DNA from: the human T2T-CHM13v2.0 reference genome, Homo sapiens
Length of the DNA: 64,000 nt
Strand: one strand, 5' to 3'
Assembly (NCBI RefSeq): GCF_009914755.1
Contig: NC_060937.1
Within the stretch, counting starts at the first letter, position 1. Every line of letters starts with the position of its first letter. The notes beneath the pieces were generated by a model. That model ran no database searches and was not told the origin of the DNA. It saw nothing but the letters and a program-made list of their open reading frames with translations. The position numbers and the translations under genes are program-made. This document shows positions 26,250 to 41,970 of this stretch, piece after piece.

Positions 26250-26525
26250 ATTTTTTTTCAGCTTTATTGAAGTTTAACAAAAATCGTACATGTTTAAGAT
26301 GTACAATATGATGAGTTGATATGCATACACATTATGAAATTATTATAATAATCAAGCTAATTAACACACCCATGAACTCACATGATTACCATTTGTGTGC
26401 ATGTGTGTGTATGCATGGTAAGAATAACTAAAAGCTACCATCTTAGCAAATTTCCAGTGTAAAATTTCCATGGTGTACATTATATCTTCAAGACTTTTTC
26501 ATCTTACAACTGAAAGTGTGTGTCC
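26250..26525 (-). mobile_element. L1MA (MA8-10-like) 3' end
   Basis: cagctttattgaagt...tttaagatgtacaatatgatg...aatcaagctaattaacacacccat. Confidence 0.8.
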
Positions 26526-27984
26526 TCATTCGTACTTGTTAGGGGTAATGTATCCCAATGAGCACTTTCTGTACATTTCTGAAATTATTCTCTGAAAAAT
26601 GTACCCATACATAGATACTTGAATGTCTATTTAAATTTCAGATGGTTGATGAAACTCTTTGCTGTGAGGTGCATATTATTTAATACCATTCTACTCCCAA
26701 CAGCAACTTCTCTCCATCTTGAATTAATAAAAGAGTACAGCTCCTCTCTGCCCCAATATTAGTCCCTGTTTTCTTCTAATGTTACTGCTTAATATTCTCA
26801 AATACATGAGTAACTGAAGGTAATAGTTTCATACTAATCTGGTTCTACCTCTTATAATTCCTCCCATAAGTTCAGAGACACTTTTTCTATAATATTGTAT
26901 TTCCAAAGACAATGACACTTTTCAGAAAAAGTGAGTGAAATTCTACTTGAAATTGTAACTTCTTCACTGTTGCAGATCACTTCAATAAGATTTTCTATTA
27001 AAACTGTTGTTCTACAAAATCTTAACCAGGCTATTATATCTGCTTTAGCTAAGTTTATTCTTAAACGGTCATTAAATATTTTCAATTTTTTAATGATTAT
27101 CTTCTTGAGTGTTACATTTTTACTCATACTCACAACCTTAGAAAGAACTTACCTAGAGTAGCATTATTTATATAAGTAGAATCCAGTTATTCCATCAAAA
27201 ATCTGCTCTTTTATTAACCTCCTTCTGGTAAATGACTATGACCGAAATATGCCAACCAAAATTCCACAAATTTCATGACCCAAGGCAAAGTTTATTTTCT
27301 CATATTATCCAAACTGCCAGAGAGTTTACAAAGTCCAGAGCTAAGTGTTATTTTTCTAACTAGTTAATCTTGGATCAAGTGGTCATAGTTTTTTTTTTTT
27401 AAATAATAACCTTTAGGATGGATTTGGGCCAGTACTCCAGAGAATTGACAGACAGACTTATTATCAGCGCTGTGACAATGATTTACCTTATTTCTGCACT
27501 CAGAAACGAGAACATATGTTCAATGACTCTACTGGCTCAGAATGGACATCCATCTTTGCTCCTTTGCTCTTGTTTTATAGCAGTGCATGTCTTTGTCTCT
27601 CATCATTTCCAGGAAAAAATAATTTTAAATTCCATGCCTCAATTGATATAAGTAGGCAAATTTATTCCTCTCCTTGTTTGCATTGTACTAAAAATGAACG
27701 TATTTTATTATAAAATAGAAATTTATGTAACATTTTATTTGTGCATTTTATACTTTTATATTTTAGTCTCTTTTATAATCCAGAAAGTAATTAGAACAAC
27801 ATGAAATCAATGTGAAATGTGAACAGTAATCAGCATGCTATTTACGTATTTTGTAATATTTGTAGTCTTAATCACAAATCTCCAATCAAGATAGCATTTT
27901 TCTACTATCTTCTTGATAGAGGTACAGAAAAGACACAGAAATTCAAGTCCAAAATCGTACTTTTATTTCCTCTGGTATGGAAGA

Positions 27985-28532
27985 TGGAGAATAGACTTTT
28001 AGGTGACCTCATGATTCCTGGTTTCTGGTCTTTACATTCTTGGATAATCCCTCCCTTGGTTGTGTAAAGACATATGATTTACTGCTAATGAATGAAACAT
28101 GACAAAGGTGATTAGAAATATGTGATTGTATTGACATGATTACAGAAGATTGATAAGATTGTAAAACCTATTTGGCAAGCATCTTTCTCTCTTCCTCTTT
28201 CATACAGGCATGCTCTTTCTCACTGGGTTCTTCTCCTTTTCTCTTTACATTGCTGGTTTTGAGGAAGCAAGTTATCACATGTCCTATAGCTACAAGGCAA
28301 TAAATGCTGACAACAACCTGAGAGAGCACAGAAGTCAATTATTTCCCAGGCAAGCCTTAAGATGAGAGTGCAGCCTAAATAATGCCTTGACATCAGCCTT
28401 GGGAGTCCTGAAACAGCCCAGCTAAGTCTTGCTTGGACTCTTGAATTGTAGAAGTGGTGAAATAGTAAAGGTGTGTTGTCTAAGCCACTACATTTATTGT
28501 AAGTTATCATACAACAATAGAAATCCAAGATA
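27985..28532 (+). mobile_element. MLT1E/F-like solo LTR
   Basis: ttgctggttttgaggaagcaagtt...ccttgacatcagccttgggag...cccagctaagtc...ctaagccacta. Confidence 0.75.
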
Positions 28533-28689
28533 TCTACAAATACTACTTTTACTTTTGGATTTTGGTTTTTCTACTTTACTTACTAATAACATACATTCAC
28601 TATGTAGGCTTAAAACATAAGTCATCCTAAATTTTTCTTTTTTCACCATTATGAACAACAGCTATTCTTTTAATAAATTCTATTAATTT

Positions 28690-29270
28690 CATTTTAGTAA
28701 GATTACTCCACATGACCACCTCTATCAAATAATGGAAGCTTTCCATAACCCAGAAATTTTTGTCATGTAGATTTCTATTTATGTATCCCCACTCGCTATC
28801 CTAGAAAACCAGTAATGTGATTTCAATCATCATAGATTAACTTTACCTGTTCTAAAAGTTTTTAAAAAATGGAATTATACATTTTATACTCCATTGTAGT
28901 CCCAGCATAATAATTTTGAGATTTACTCATATTTGTGCATTCTTTCCCCATTCACCCTTTGATGAACTTTTGTTGATTACAATTTGAAATTAAGATCTGA
29001 TATGATTAACCTTCTTTGAACATTTATGCATTTGTCTTTTTGTTGACTTTTTTATTACTCTTGGCAACTTATCTAGGGATGAAATGCAACCTATGTCTGA
29101 GTCATAGGCTAAGGGTCCGTTTAACATTATAAAAGTCTGACAAATAATTTTTGAAAAATGGTGTGATGTTTTACACATCAACCAGAAATGGATAAGGTTT
29201 TAGTTACAACTGATTATCGTCAGAACTTGGTATTGTTATTTGATGTAACTCTAGCCATACTGGTGTGATG
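28690..29270 (-). mobile_element. L1ME-like 3' fragment
   Basis: cataacccagaaa...aatggaattatac...ttttacacatcaaccagaaatg. Confidence 0.6.
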
Positions 29271-29594
29271 CACTGCCTCACTAAATATAAGTTGTATTGT
29301 GATAGTCATATATAAATGTTTAGGAAATATTTATTGCACAATGTTCTAGGTTTTCATTTTATTAATCAAATAAACTCATTCATACTCCAACCACACATTC
29401 TACACACAATTATAACATTTTGTTTCATTGGTATATGTGATTGACTTATTTTCTTTCTATATTAGTCTCTACTTTCTCATCTTCCTGTCAAATTCTAACA
29501 ATTTATCAAACAGTAAGTTCACATCCCTTGGGAATTATTCCTTTCACAGCTAAGTCAAAATAAATATCTCCCTCTGTCATCATTTTAAGCAATA

Positions 29595-29780
29595 ATTTTT
29601 AAAGTGTCATTCCACAACCAGCAGCATAAGCATAATATGAGAATTGGTTAGAAATTCAAATTATCTGGGTCGTACATTATACCTACCAAATCATAACTTC
29701 TGGGGGTGGAATCAATCAATCTATGTTTTAATAATTCCTCCTGGTAATTCTGATGCCTGCTTAAGTTTGAGGGCATTGCT
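29595..29780. mobile_element. MER5A hAT MITE within an L2 remnant
   Basis: accagcagcataagcat...ttggttagaaattcaaattatc...ggtaattctgatgcctgcttaagtttgagggcattg. Confidence 0.8.
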
Positions 29781-30632
29781 CTTTTTTAGGATATCACTAC
29801 TTAATATTTTGTATGCCAGTTTATGAATCTGTATTATTCTATTGACTATGAGCTCATTGTAACTAGGGATTACAGGTTATTCATTTTTCTACCTCATATA
29901 ATACCAAGGACCAAACTTTGCACAGAAGAAAAAAATCAATGATTCCTTGATGAATTAAACTATATTGAAAGTAAAACAATTTGTATCTTTTCTCTGTATC
30001 GAGTATTGAATAAATGATATTTGTCTTAAAATGTATATCATTTGCTGCAGTTTTACTCTTAGCTATTTCCTCAAAATAAACACAATCAGAAATATCAAAA
30101 GACATATGTTGAATTTTAGTGTTTAATAGAAACATTTTATGTGCAGAGATACTAGAACTTTTTTCTCATTTCTTTCCTTTACATGTTAAGTCTGTCTTGG
30201 AAGCGGAGACTTCTATACACAGGGATAGTAGAGATAACAAAAGAAAAACTTACTTTCTCAAAAGCAATTGAATATACTTTTCTTTTAGAGGTCATTGCTA
30301 TCTATCTCTTCTCATTGGACATAATTCTTATGGTGAATAATTAACAAGGTTTTGTTGTTTCGTTGTCATCCTCTTCAATTTTGTCAATTAGTTGATTGGT
30401 TTGCATAAGGAAGCCTAATCTATCTGATTATTTACAGAGATGAGATAACCATATACTAGGTCTCAACTGAATTCTCAAGTGTACACTTTCACAACTCTCT
30501 TTTTTTGTATTAGTATTTGAAGACCACCTTTGGAGGTATGTGATCTTTCCAGAGTGCTAAATTATTATAGTTATAATATGATTGATACCTTCCACATTTA
30601 GGAATATCTCACACATAGAGTAAGAATGCCCT

Positions 30633-31095
30633 TTTTAAAAAAATATTTTGATACATAATAATTGTATATATTTATGGGGAACATGTAATATTTTAATACA
30701 GGCATACAATGTACAGTGGCTGACTCAGGGTAATGTGGGTATTCATCACCTCAGGCCTTTATCATTTATGTTAGAAACATTCCAATTCCACTCTTACAGT
30801 TATATTAAAATATAAAATATATTATTGTTTACTCTAGTCATCTCGTTCTCTCAAATACATCATCTTGTTCATTCTAATTGTATTTTTGTACCTATTAACC
30901 ATCCCCACTTTATCCTTCCCCTCCCTACTACCCTTCACAGCTTCTGGCTACCATCATTCCACTTTCTATGTCATGAGCTTTTTGTTGTCGTTGTTCCACA
31001 TATTAATAATAAACCAGGGTACTTGCCTCTATGTGCCTGGCTTATTTCACTTAATATAATGTTCTCCAGTTCCACTCATGTTGCATGACAGGACT
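30633..31095 (-). mobile_element. L1MA (MA2-4-like) 3' end
   Basis: tttatggggaacatgtaatatttt...acattccaattccactctt...tgtgcctggcttatttcacttaatataatg. Confidence 0.85.
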
Positions 31096-32386
31096 ATTTT
31101 TAACACACTGCTCTGGACAAACAGTAGTCAATACAGCTTTTAAGTTACTTATTTTTTTCTCATCACATTCTGTTTTAGTTTTGATGATGTAACAAGAGTA
31201 AACATATAGTCACTATTTAAGATTTTCTGTATACAAAAATCATACAACGTAAGTTTATTGACTATGGATTCTTTGAGATAAGGTTAATTTTTTAAAATAA
31301 AAATTGGATAAATGTATAGTAATAGATTGTTTCTGTGCACAAGTGGGATAGAGAATCTAATTCACTTCCACGGAATTGTTTCTTATTTAGAAAAGTCGGC
31401 CTAAGTGATTTTTTTTTTTCATTTTCTATTTTGGACAGAAAAAAAAAAGCTGAGACTAAACTCAGCATCTCAATAGAAATTTAAATAAACCATCTATGGT
31501 TAATAATATCATAATTGAGTGCCACTAAAATTCCATACTCAGGGCTACAAGATCACCAGAGACTTACTGTGTCAATATTTATCCAGATAATTATCCTACA
31601 AACAATTTCTTAATAATAAAATCAATATGTACTGTATTTTTAAAAATTCTAGAATCCAAATCATGTCATCAGTCAACAAAGTATCTGTTTCCACTGTACG
31701 TGGCACTGTTGTATTCAAAACATTTATGATGCAGGAGAATTACAGTGATGAAATAGTTACTTTAACTGTGTCATCGTCTTTATATTCACATTATTTCTAC
31801 ATACACACACGTATGCATACCCACACATATATCCAAATATATATATGAACCTGTTGAAGAACCTTTAACTTAAAGTGAATATGCCACTGGTTAAAAATAT
31901 CTCAAACAAGTTTCTTTGTAACCATCACCCATCAAATTTGATAAGTAGTATTTTAATAATAGCATCTTAAGTCAATCATTCCATAGTTTATAAATCAATA
32001 CAAAAGTTGACCATGTCATTACTTTGTTGTTAAGGTATTACCCCATAACCTCTTCCTATGGCTGTTGTGGGTGATACTAAGAAAGCATTACGTGTTGTCC
32101 TAGATCATGTTTTTCCATTTTCATTTGGAGGTTCTAATAAACCGAAAGGACGTGATGGAAGTGTATCTTCACCTGCCTTGATTCAGAATTGAATATGTGT
32201 CTAGAATACGTATGTTGGGCTTAGCTTCTAGTCTTCAATAAGACCTTGAACATATTTTAAATATCTTAATAAAATATGTATTTTACTTTAGAAAGAACTT
32301 GAAAAGTTTTACTTAAAAAAAAAAAGTACATGTTTTAAGCTATTGCTTGCCCATCTTTGACCAGAAAGCACATACGATGTGAATGA

Positions 32387-32770
<384 letters not shown>

Positions 32771-33050
32771 TTTTATTTATGTTTGAGAAGAAGTCTCGCT
32801 CTGTTGCCCAAGCTGGAGTGCAGTGGTGCAGTCTTGGCTCACTGCCACCTCTGCCTCTTCCTGCCTCAGCCTCCTGAGTAGCTGGGATTACAGGCACACG
32901 CCACCACGCCTGGCTAATTTTTATATTTTCAGTAGAGACAGGGTTTCACCATGTTCGCCAGGCTGGTCCCAAACTCCTGACCTCAGGTGATCCACCTGCC
33001 TCAGCCTCCGAAAGTGCTAGGATTATAGGTGTGAGCCATTGCACCTGGCC
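32771..33050 (-). mobile_element. AluSx-like Alu with a small internal deletion
   Basis: ctcctgacctcaggtgatcc; lacks the gggttcaagcgattc segment; outer TSD ctatc/ggtggtcttt. Confidence 0.92.
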
Positions 33051-34072
33051 CTATGGTGGTCTTTAGAAGACATAAGTAATATTATAGCCAGTTACATTGT
33101 TTACAGTACTTGGCCAACATAAGAGAACCAATAGTTCTCAAACCTGTAGCTTCATTTAATCCCTTTATTTATTAAACACAGACATACAGAAATAAATAAA
33201 AACCACTTTCCTTTGTCTACACCCTTGGTTCTACCCAGGTTAGTACCCAGCAACCCTTCAATCCCAGTGCTCTGAATCCCTCCATTATCAGGTCATTTGA
33301 AGGTGGTAAACTTCGTGTTATTTTTTATTATATCTTAATAAAGAAAGTTGGTGTTAGGCAATATTTCTGTTTTCTCTGTTGGTGAACATTTGATTGATTC
33401 TGTTGTTATTTTCTTTTGTTATTGTTGCTTGTTTTGTCTGTTACCAGATCCCCTTTAAAAAAATAGACATAATTGTTCCTAAATCCCTCTTATAGTTTTT
33501 TGAAACATTATACTTTATTATCTTAAAGATGTAATTATTGAAGCTTCAAAAAGTTGTTAGAGCTCTGAAGAAGACAGATATCTGAACCTATGCTAACAAT
33601 ATGATTAAAATTGTATAAAAGAAAAAAATAACAACTACTTAAATCTACCCATTTACATATAGAAACCAATATTTTCCTCTAATGAAAGTTTGTAAACAGC
33701 TGACCTCTGCAAGCTTTTGCCAATGACACTACATGTATAGTTGCCAATGTTATGTTTGTGAAGTAGCTACTGAAGTTTTTTTTTAATAATTTACTTTAAT
33801 TTCTGAAATATGTTATTCTCTACAACTCAAAGAATTCACATACATTAATTACATAGTTCAGGTATGTAATTTGTGAATGTGAATATTTATGTAGTATTTT
33901 TAGTATGCCATGCTTAGTTTGAAAACATTACAATAAACAATTTTCAGAAGCTACTATGAATTATGTCTACTGTAGAATAGTATTATCTTATATGCATAAC
34001 TTGGAACTTCATTTTTACTTGTTTAAATATACATGTACTGAATAGATACATGTGTCAAGATCCATTTTATTT

Positions 34073-34719
<647 letters not shown>

Positions 34720-34859
34720 AGATCTATTTCATTTGTCAGTGATTCAGTTGGACAGATGAAATCTTCCTCTCATGAATTTTAAATTTGGATATTGCAGTTT
34801 TGTGGGAGAGATACAGACAGCAAATTTATATTAAATGTGCTTTTATTTATGATAGTCAT

Positions 34860-35830
34860 AGCTTTTTAGAAATATAGCTGGAAGAAGTGACAAAAAAAGT
34901 GGAGGAAATATCTATCTAATTTAGATTTGATTCTAAGACATGGAAAGCAGAAAGTAGTCAGTTATAGAAAGAACTTGGATTATGCAATTTTAAAACCTCT
35001 AGTCAAGGGAGAGCTTGATGTGTTCAGAAAATTGAACATGGACCAATGAATAAAGAACTCAGAGAATGAAAAGTAGTACCAGATAAAGTTGGTCAAATTT
35101 TCTTTTAAGTGCATTGCAAACCCATTTGAGGGCTTAAGAAAGAGAATGATATTATTTGTTTTGCACTGCAAAAATATAATTTTGAGTCATCATAGCATTG
35201 TAGGTTGAAAACAAATATGACCACTCTCTATTTTAGTAGCCTAGATAGAAGGTGATAGTGGTTTACACTGGGACATTGGCACTGAAGACTACAGCAATTC
35301 AATAGATAAGGCAATAATTTAGGAAAGAAAATCAGGAATATAAGCTTGATATGGTATGGAAAATAATGCAGAAAAAAGAAAAATTTTTTTTTTTTTAGGA
35401 TTTTAGGAAGATAACTGGGTTCATGTTGGCCCCGTCGACTGAGATAAAAAAGATAGAAGATGGCAACATATTCTACTTAAGTAGTAGAAGGCATCATTGT
35501 TCCTGTTTTACTGTGGCAATTTTGAGAGGTCTATCACATGTCTTACTGGAGCTCAGTGGAAAAATCAGAGGTACAGCGGGTCATATTACAGTTATCTGGA
35601 CAGGCCATTATATAAGATTACCTAGAGGGAAGATACTAATGGGAAGGAGTGCGTTGAATTATAAAGATTCTACAAGGAAGAACATTTCAAAATGTAGTTG
35701 TCTTATAGTGTGAATACTACCAGCAAAATAGGGTGGATTAGAGCAAAAAGTATAGCATGCTGAAAACAGGCTATTTGATTTACTTGAAGATAAGTGAGAT
35801 TGCCTGTAGTTCCAGCATTATGACAGTCAT
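34860..35830 (-). mobile_element. L2 fragments
   Basis: Degenerate L2 motifs, e.g. ttttaggattttaggaagataactggg and gagctcagtggaaaaatcagagg. Confidence 0.45.
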
Positions 35831-36494
35831 CAGCTACAGACAGGGTATATCTGTAGTTTGTTATATTTACATATTTTCCCACTTAACCTAAAGACTTTTG
35901 AGTAAATAGATAGCTACAGAAAGTACAAGTACTAATACCCAAGAAATATTGAGATTTTTTTAAAAGCCAGAAAAAGGATTCGATGCCAGTCCTAGCAGTA
36001 AGTACTATGGCTATATAATGGCTTAAACATAAGTATTGCTTTATCATTAGACTGAATGGAGAAGCATTCTGGCAAAGGAGGTATTTGATATGGACCCTGA
36101 AGTGTACACAACATTTGAATAGGCACTGAACCATGGGAGGAGATTTCAAATGGCAGAAATGATGACAGTAATGTACACAAGCACAAGGTTTGTTTAGAGG
36201 ATAGTGCATCTGCAACTTTAAGAGGAAAAGCCCTACGAATAAAGCTTATAGTAAGAGATAAAAGAAAATCAATGTCATAAATATTGATGAGCAGATAACG
36301 TAGAGTCTGAACATTCCCATTAATGATAATGCTTTCCACTGCAGTTCTAGGGGTGTTTGCTCCTTTTTAAATTGCTTTTTCTTTGAAGAAATATTATATG
36401 TATTTACATCATCATATCAAAGAGGGTCCCCTAGAGAAAAGTAACCACGAATAGGGTATACTGAAAGAAGAGAAAGAGAGTTTAAAAGAATTAG

Positions 36495-36942
<448 letters not shown>

Positions 36943-37104
36943 TTTTTGTTCTTTTTTTTGAGATAGAGTCTCGGTCTGGTGAGGCAGGAGTACAATGGTG
37001 CACTCATGGCTCACCGCAGCCTCCAACTCCTGGAATGGGATGATCCTCCTGTCTAGGCCTTCTAAAATGCTGAAACTACAGGTGTGAGCCAATAAACCCA
37101 GCCT
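36943..37104 (-). mobile_element. Old Alu monomer (FRAM/AluJ-like)
   Basis: About 160-bp single arm containing ctcatggctcaccgcagcctccaactcctgg. Confidence 0.8.
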
Positions 37105-39970
37105 AAGGCCTTTTAATAATTAGATGAGGGTCACACACATTATGCAGGATAATATCCTTTAAAGTCAATTGATTTTAGATGTTAACCAATGTACAAAATA
37201 TCTTCACAGTGAAACCTATATTAATGTTTCACTGAATAACTGTGTATAATTGCCTACTCAGGTTGGCATGAAATTTGTCATTATAGTCCTCCCTTTGTCA
37301 ACTTAACATCTATATCCATCTACTTAAACCATACTAAATATCCAAATGAAGACAGAAACGAAGTCATATATTTACCTAACATGACACAATAATTCTGCAT
37401 ACAATAGAAAACACATTAACCTTTTTCCCAAAAGAGGATGTGAAGTCCTTGGGTGATGGTTACCCTTCTCCTTAATATCCTGTAAATTAAATACTGTGAT
37501 GTAAAGTTAATTATTATTAATATGTTTTATGTTATGTAATAAAAAAACAAGTGGGGGGAGAAACATATTACTTATAACAAAATAAGAAATAAATCTCATA
37601 ACAATTAGCTGCCCTCATTTATGTGACTGGTCACGTGCTCATGGCTGCTACCACATTCCACTACTTAGTCCACATTCTTCCTGCCCTCAGCAAGCACCTT
37701 GGCCATTTAATTTACCTGGTGGGGTGACCAAATGTTTATTCTTGAATAGTCTGGGCCACTACTAGTCTTGCTGCCTGAACTGGGTGGTTGTAATTTACCA
37801 ATGACTTTAATCACGGGGCATGGGAATGCTAAGACATGCCCTACAGGATCTTCTGTAATCCAGACATATTGTTCCTTATCTCTATTGTGTTGCAGCTGTC
37901 CGATTTTTTCTTAATAATCAGGATCAATCACTTGAGCCAGGATAGTCACTTTCTTTTTTCCAGTTGATTCAGAGGCATAAAGAGCCCACCGTTCCTGGTA
38001 GCAGTTTTAACTTCCAGGTCAGTGAAATGAATGTTGTACCTCCTTGTGGAAGGCTTTTGAAACTAAGACCTCTCAGATGACTAACGCAGGTTAATGCGGT
38101 GGGAACAGAAAGCAAAAGTTTTTCTAGCACATTGCTAGGAGAAATAGTGAGTGGAGCCACTTCCAAACCCATCCCTTGATTTCTGAACTCATGAATTCTG
38201 ATTACAGGGTAAACGTTACCATACACGACATGCTGATTTAAAGCACATAGAAACTTTGCTGAATATTGTCCCATATCTACAAGGTATTGTCACCGAGCTG
38301 GTGCTGTGGTGAGTCTTCAAAAATCATTCCATTGTTCTTCCAAGCCAACTGCTTCAGGAAGATAAGTGAAGTGGTAAAACCATTGAAATCCATGAGCGTG
38401 GGCTCATAGCCATATTTTCTTTGCCATGCAGTGAGTTACTTCAAAGAAGCAAGCTAGAACTGTACAGCTGTACAGCTGTACAGAACACAATGTTAGTGAA
38501 TAAGTCATTCTGTAAGTACATGCATGGAAGTTTTTGCTAATTGCATATAAGGAAGGTAAATCCATATCCAGAGTGAGTGTCTATTCTAGTAAGAACAAAA
38601 TGCTGCCACTTCCAGGATGGAAGCCATTCAATGCAATCAAACTGCCACCAAGATAATCTAATCACTCTGGAGAATGGTGCCATATCGGAGAATCAGTTTT
38701 AATTTCTGCTGTTGGCAGATCATGTCCTCAGTCATGTCATAGAAGCCCATGTTTCTTAGCCCATGCCTTACCTCCATCCTTTCAACAATGACCACGTTGT
38801 TCATGAACCCATTGAGCAATGCGAGACATATCTGGGGAAAGAGACTGACTGGCATCCAGAGAGAGGGTCATTATAACTCACTTTATTGCTGGAATCCTCC
38901 TTGCTCAGGAAACCCTTTGGTGATCATTTACATAGAACACACATATTATTTTCACATTTTGCCCATTTGAAGTGATATATATATATTTCTCTTTTCCAGA
39001 CATCCTTGTCTCCAATATTCCAATCATGTTACTTCCAAGTCCCTGACAAGTCAGACAAATCAATGGCAACAGTTCATGAATCTGTATACAATTGTCCATT
39101 TGATTATTTCTCATTCCAAGAAAAATAAACAACCAAGTGCACTGCTCAAAATTTTGTCCATTGAAAGGATTTCCTTTCACCACTGTCCTTCAGAGTTATC
39201 TCAGAGTGTGATTGCAGTACTGTAGCAGTTTACATTCACGTAGTTTATGCATGTCATGGAGAATCAACTGTAAACAAGGCCCCAATTTTTTCTTCCTGAG
39301 TCAGCTGATTATAGGGAATATGCATAATACTGTTGGTGTGAATTGGAACTGAGAAGGTAATGTAACAGAAGTGGAAACCATGAACATTTATACCAATTTT
39401 TCATGTAAATGGCTTTTGCCTTAAGGACCTGCTCAAGAATAATTCCATATATACCACTTCTTTTTGATTATGGAGTGCTGATGCACATGTCTGATTCAAT
39501 GGACTGAGGGTTGAGGAAACTTTCACTTCATGATAACCAGATTAGGTTGTATGGTAAGTTCATGACCAGTGATTAAACATTCATTATCTACTAAGGCCCT
39601 GTGGCAAGTCCAAATCTGCTTCTCAAAACAAAAGTTCTTGTCTGCAGAAGATGGCAGCAATTTCCTTTAAAATCCTAGGGGCTTCTGCTATATTAGCCTG
39701 TAAAAGGCTTAGAACACCATCTCTATCTGCCACTGACACATCAAGAACCATTGGATAGATTGGCTAATATGACCCAAAAGGCAGAGTAGCTTGCACTGCA
39801 CCCTGAACTTTATGCAAAACTTTGTTTTATTGTGGGGCCAACAAGAATCTTTTTGTGTCACTTGGTAAATGGGGCAGAATAGCACACCAAAATGAGAAAC
39901 ATGTTGCCTTCAAAAATCAAAGACACACTGAGATCTGTGCCTCTATTTTGATTGTAGAAGAGGCCAGATT

Positions 39971-40218
39971 CTAAAGTATAATTAAAAAAATAAAAATAAA
40001 AATAAAAAAATAAAACACTTGATACTGTTATTTCATATCAGAAATGGGTAGAGACATTCATACCATCCAGGTGTGAAGAAATTGAGAGAAAGTTATATGG
40101 ATCAGGCATAAAGATATTGCTGTGAACCCTGTGATTCAGGTGAAATAGAAAATATTTATATTTCAGAAGTTTTACCAAGATTCGAAGGAAAAATAAAATT
40201 AATAAAAATGAAAAAAAA
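39971..40218 (+). mobile_element. TPRT insertion: L1 3' tip, A-tail, unique sequence, AATAAA and second A-tail (3' transduction)
   Basis: Perfect 15-bp TSD agaagaggccagatt at 39956-39970 and 40219-40233. Confidence 0.85.
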
Positions 40219-40469
40219 AGAAGAGGCCAGATTTAACAACTTATCCTTCACATAGATGGTATCTTTCCATCTGCGCTGTATCCCTAGAAATTTCACTAAG
40301 GTAGAAGCCTCCTGCATCTTTCTGAGATTTATTTCCTGTATTCTGACACACAATTGTCTTACTAATAAGTCTAAGGTGGTTGTTATTTCTTGCTCACTAG
40401 GTCCTAACAGCATAATGTCATCAATGAAATGAACTAGTGTAATGTCTTGTGAACAGAAGAGGCAAAGTA

Positions 40470-40537
40470 TTAAGTTGATGCAAAAGAGTAAGTTACTCAT
40501 AATAGCAAAAACCGTAAGTACTTTTGCACCAACATAA
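40470..40537. mobile_element. MADE1 (Hsmar1-derived MITE), partly deleted
   Basis: ttaagttgatgcaaaag...cttttgcaccaacataa inverted repeats flanked by TA. Confidence 0.88.
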
Positions 40538-41970
40538 TAGATCCCTGCACACTAAATTATAGCATAGGTCTACATAACACTTAAGTAGGAGAGGGAAGGT
40601 ATACTGCTGTCTTATTGGCTGAAATAAAACTGCTTTTGTTGACTTTTACTAATAGACACTCGCTAGGTGAATAGCCACATACCAGGTACCAGGAGGTACG
40701 TTAATTTGTTCAAGAAGTGAAAACTCATTTGAACACCAGCAGCAACTGGAGTCACTACCTGGTTAAATTTAAGATAATCCATTATTATTTTTTAAGATCC
40801 CTCTGTGTTGTGCACAGACCAAATAGGTGACTGAATGCGGAGACAATGGTAATACCACCTTTGTAGCTTTCATTTCCATGAGATGGTACTAATGTCTACA
40901 ATTCTTCTAGAAATGTGTTACCACTTTTAGCTTACTATGTTTGTGTAAGTGGAAGCAGTTCTAGCGTCCCAATTTGAACTTTCAACCACAACGGCTCTCA
41001 TTCTGCAAATCAGAGAACCAGTCTGGGGACTCTGCCAGTTGTTGCATATGTCTATTCCAATTATGCACTCCAGAACTAGGGAAATAACCACAAGATGGGC
41101 TTAGAAAGCCATTGGATCTATCGTGAGATGGACTTGAACTAAGACTCTTCTGATCACCTGAGCCCCATAAACCTCAACTCTGACTGATGGACAACAGTGA
41201 CACTTTGGGTCTCCTGAAATTCATGTCAGTTCAGAGCCAGTGTCTGATAACCTTCCCCAAATCTAACTATTTGTTTTTCCTCAATGCAGAGTGACCGTGG
41301 TAAATCCTAAGTCTTTTTTGAGAAAACTGGGAAAAGATAACAAGTACAGATTTTGAGCCTTGTGTGGTCTTTCTTCTAGGGGACCTAGTTTTTTCACTCA
41401 AGGGGTTCTGAGTCTATAAGTCTTATAATCTTATAGACTTTATGACTTTATTGCTCAAGTCTTAAAATTAAATCTGAGGTTGTGGCTCTATGTTCTAATG
41501 ATCAAGGAACACGATTGTTAACTTAAACTAGAGTTCTTCCACTTATACAGATCAAGAAAAAATTTAATCAATTTCTCACCTATTTCTCTTCTATGGACAC
41601 CATAATAAACAACTTAATACTGTAGGTCTCTGTAAGTGTGTTCATTATGGTAATCACTCCGTGTATTCATTACGGTAATTACTTCAATGTTATCTTCAGT
41701 AATTAAGTTAGCTCCTATTATCCCAGGATCAAATTATCATTGCTGTATTTAAATATCCCAGTTCAGTGACAACAGTTTCTGTTATAATTTCTGGCCTGCA
41801 AAGAACAGCAACCCCAGAGCTCTTCAAGGACTCTGGGAATCCTTAATAAATATATTTCCCACAATTGTGGCAAAGAATGTATCCTTTGGATCCTCCTAGG
41901 TTGGGTGAGCAGGCCTTACACGATAAATTCACTCTAACATTCCAATCTCCCTTAAATTTTTAATACCTTG

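Noticed and set aside
26852-27161. Overlapping antiparallel ORFs
   Set aside because: They have AT-rich chance composition and no recognisable domain.
37969-40500. RT, IN and dUTPase ORFs as a possible domesticated or active retroviral gene
   Set aside because: They are short fragments with stops, frameshifts and several insertions.
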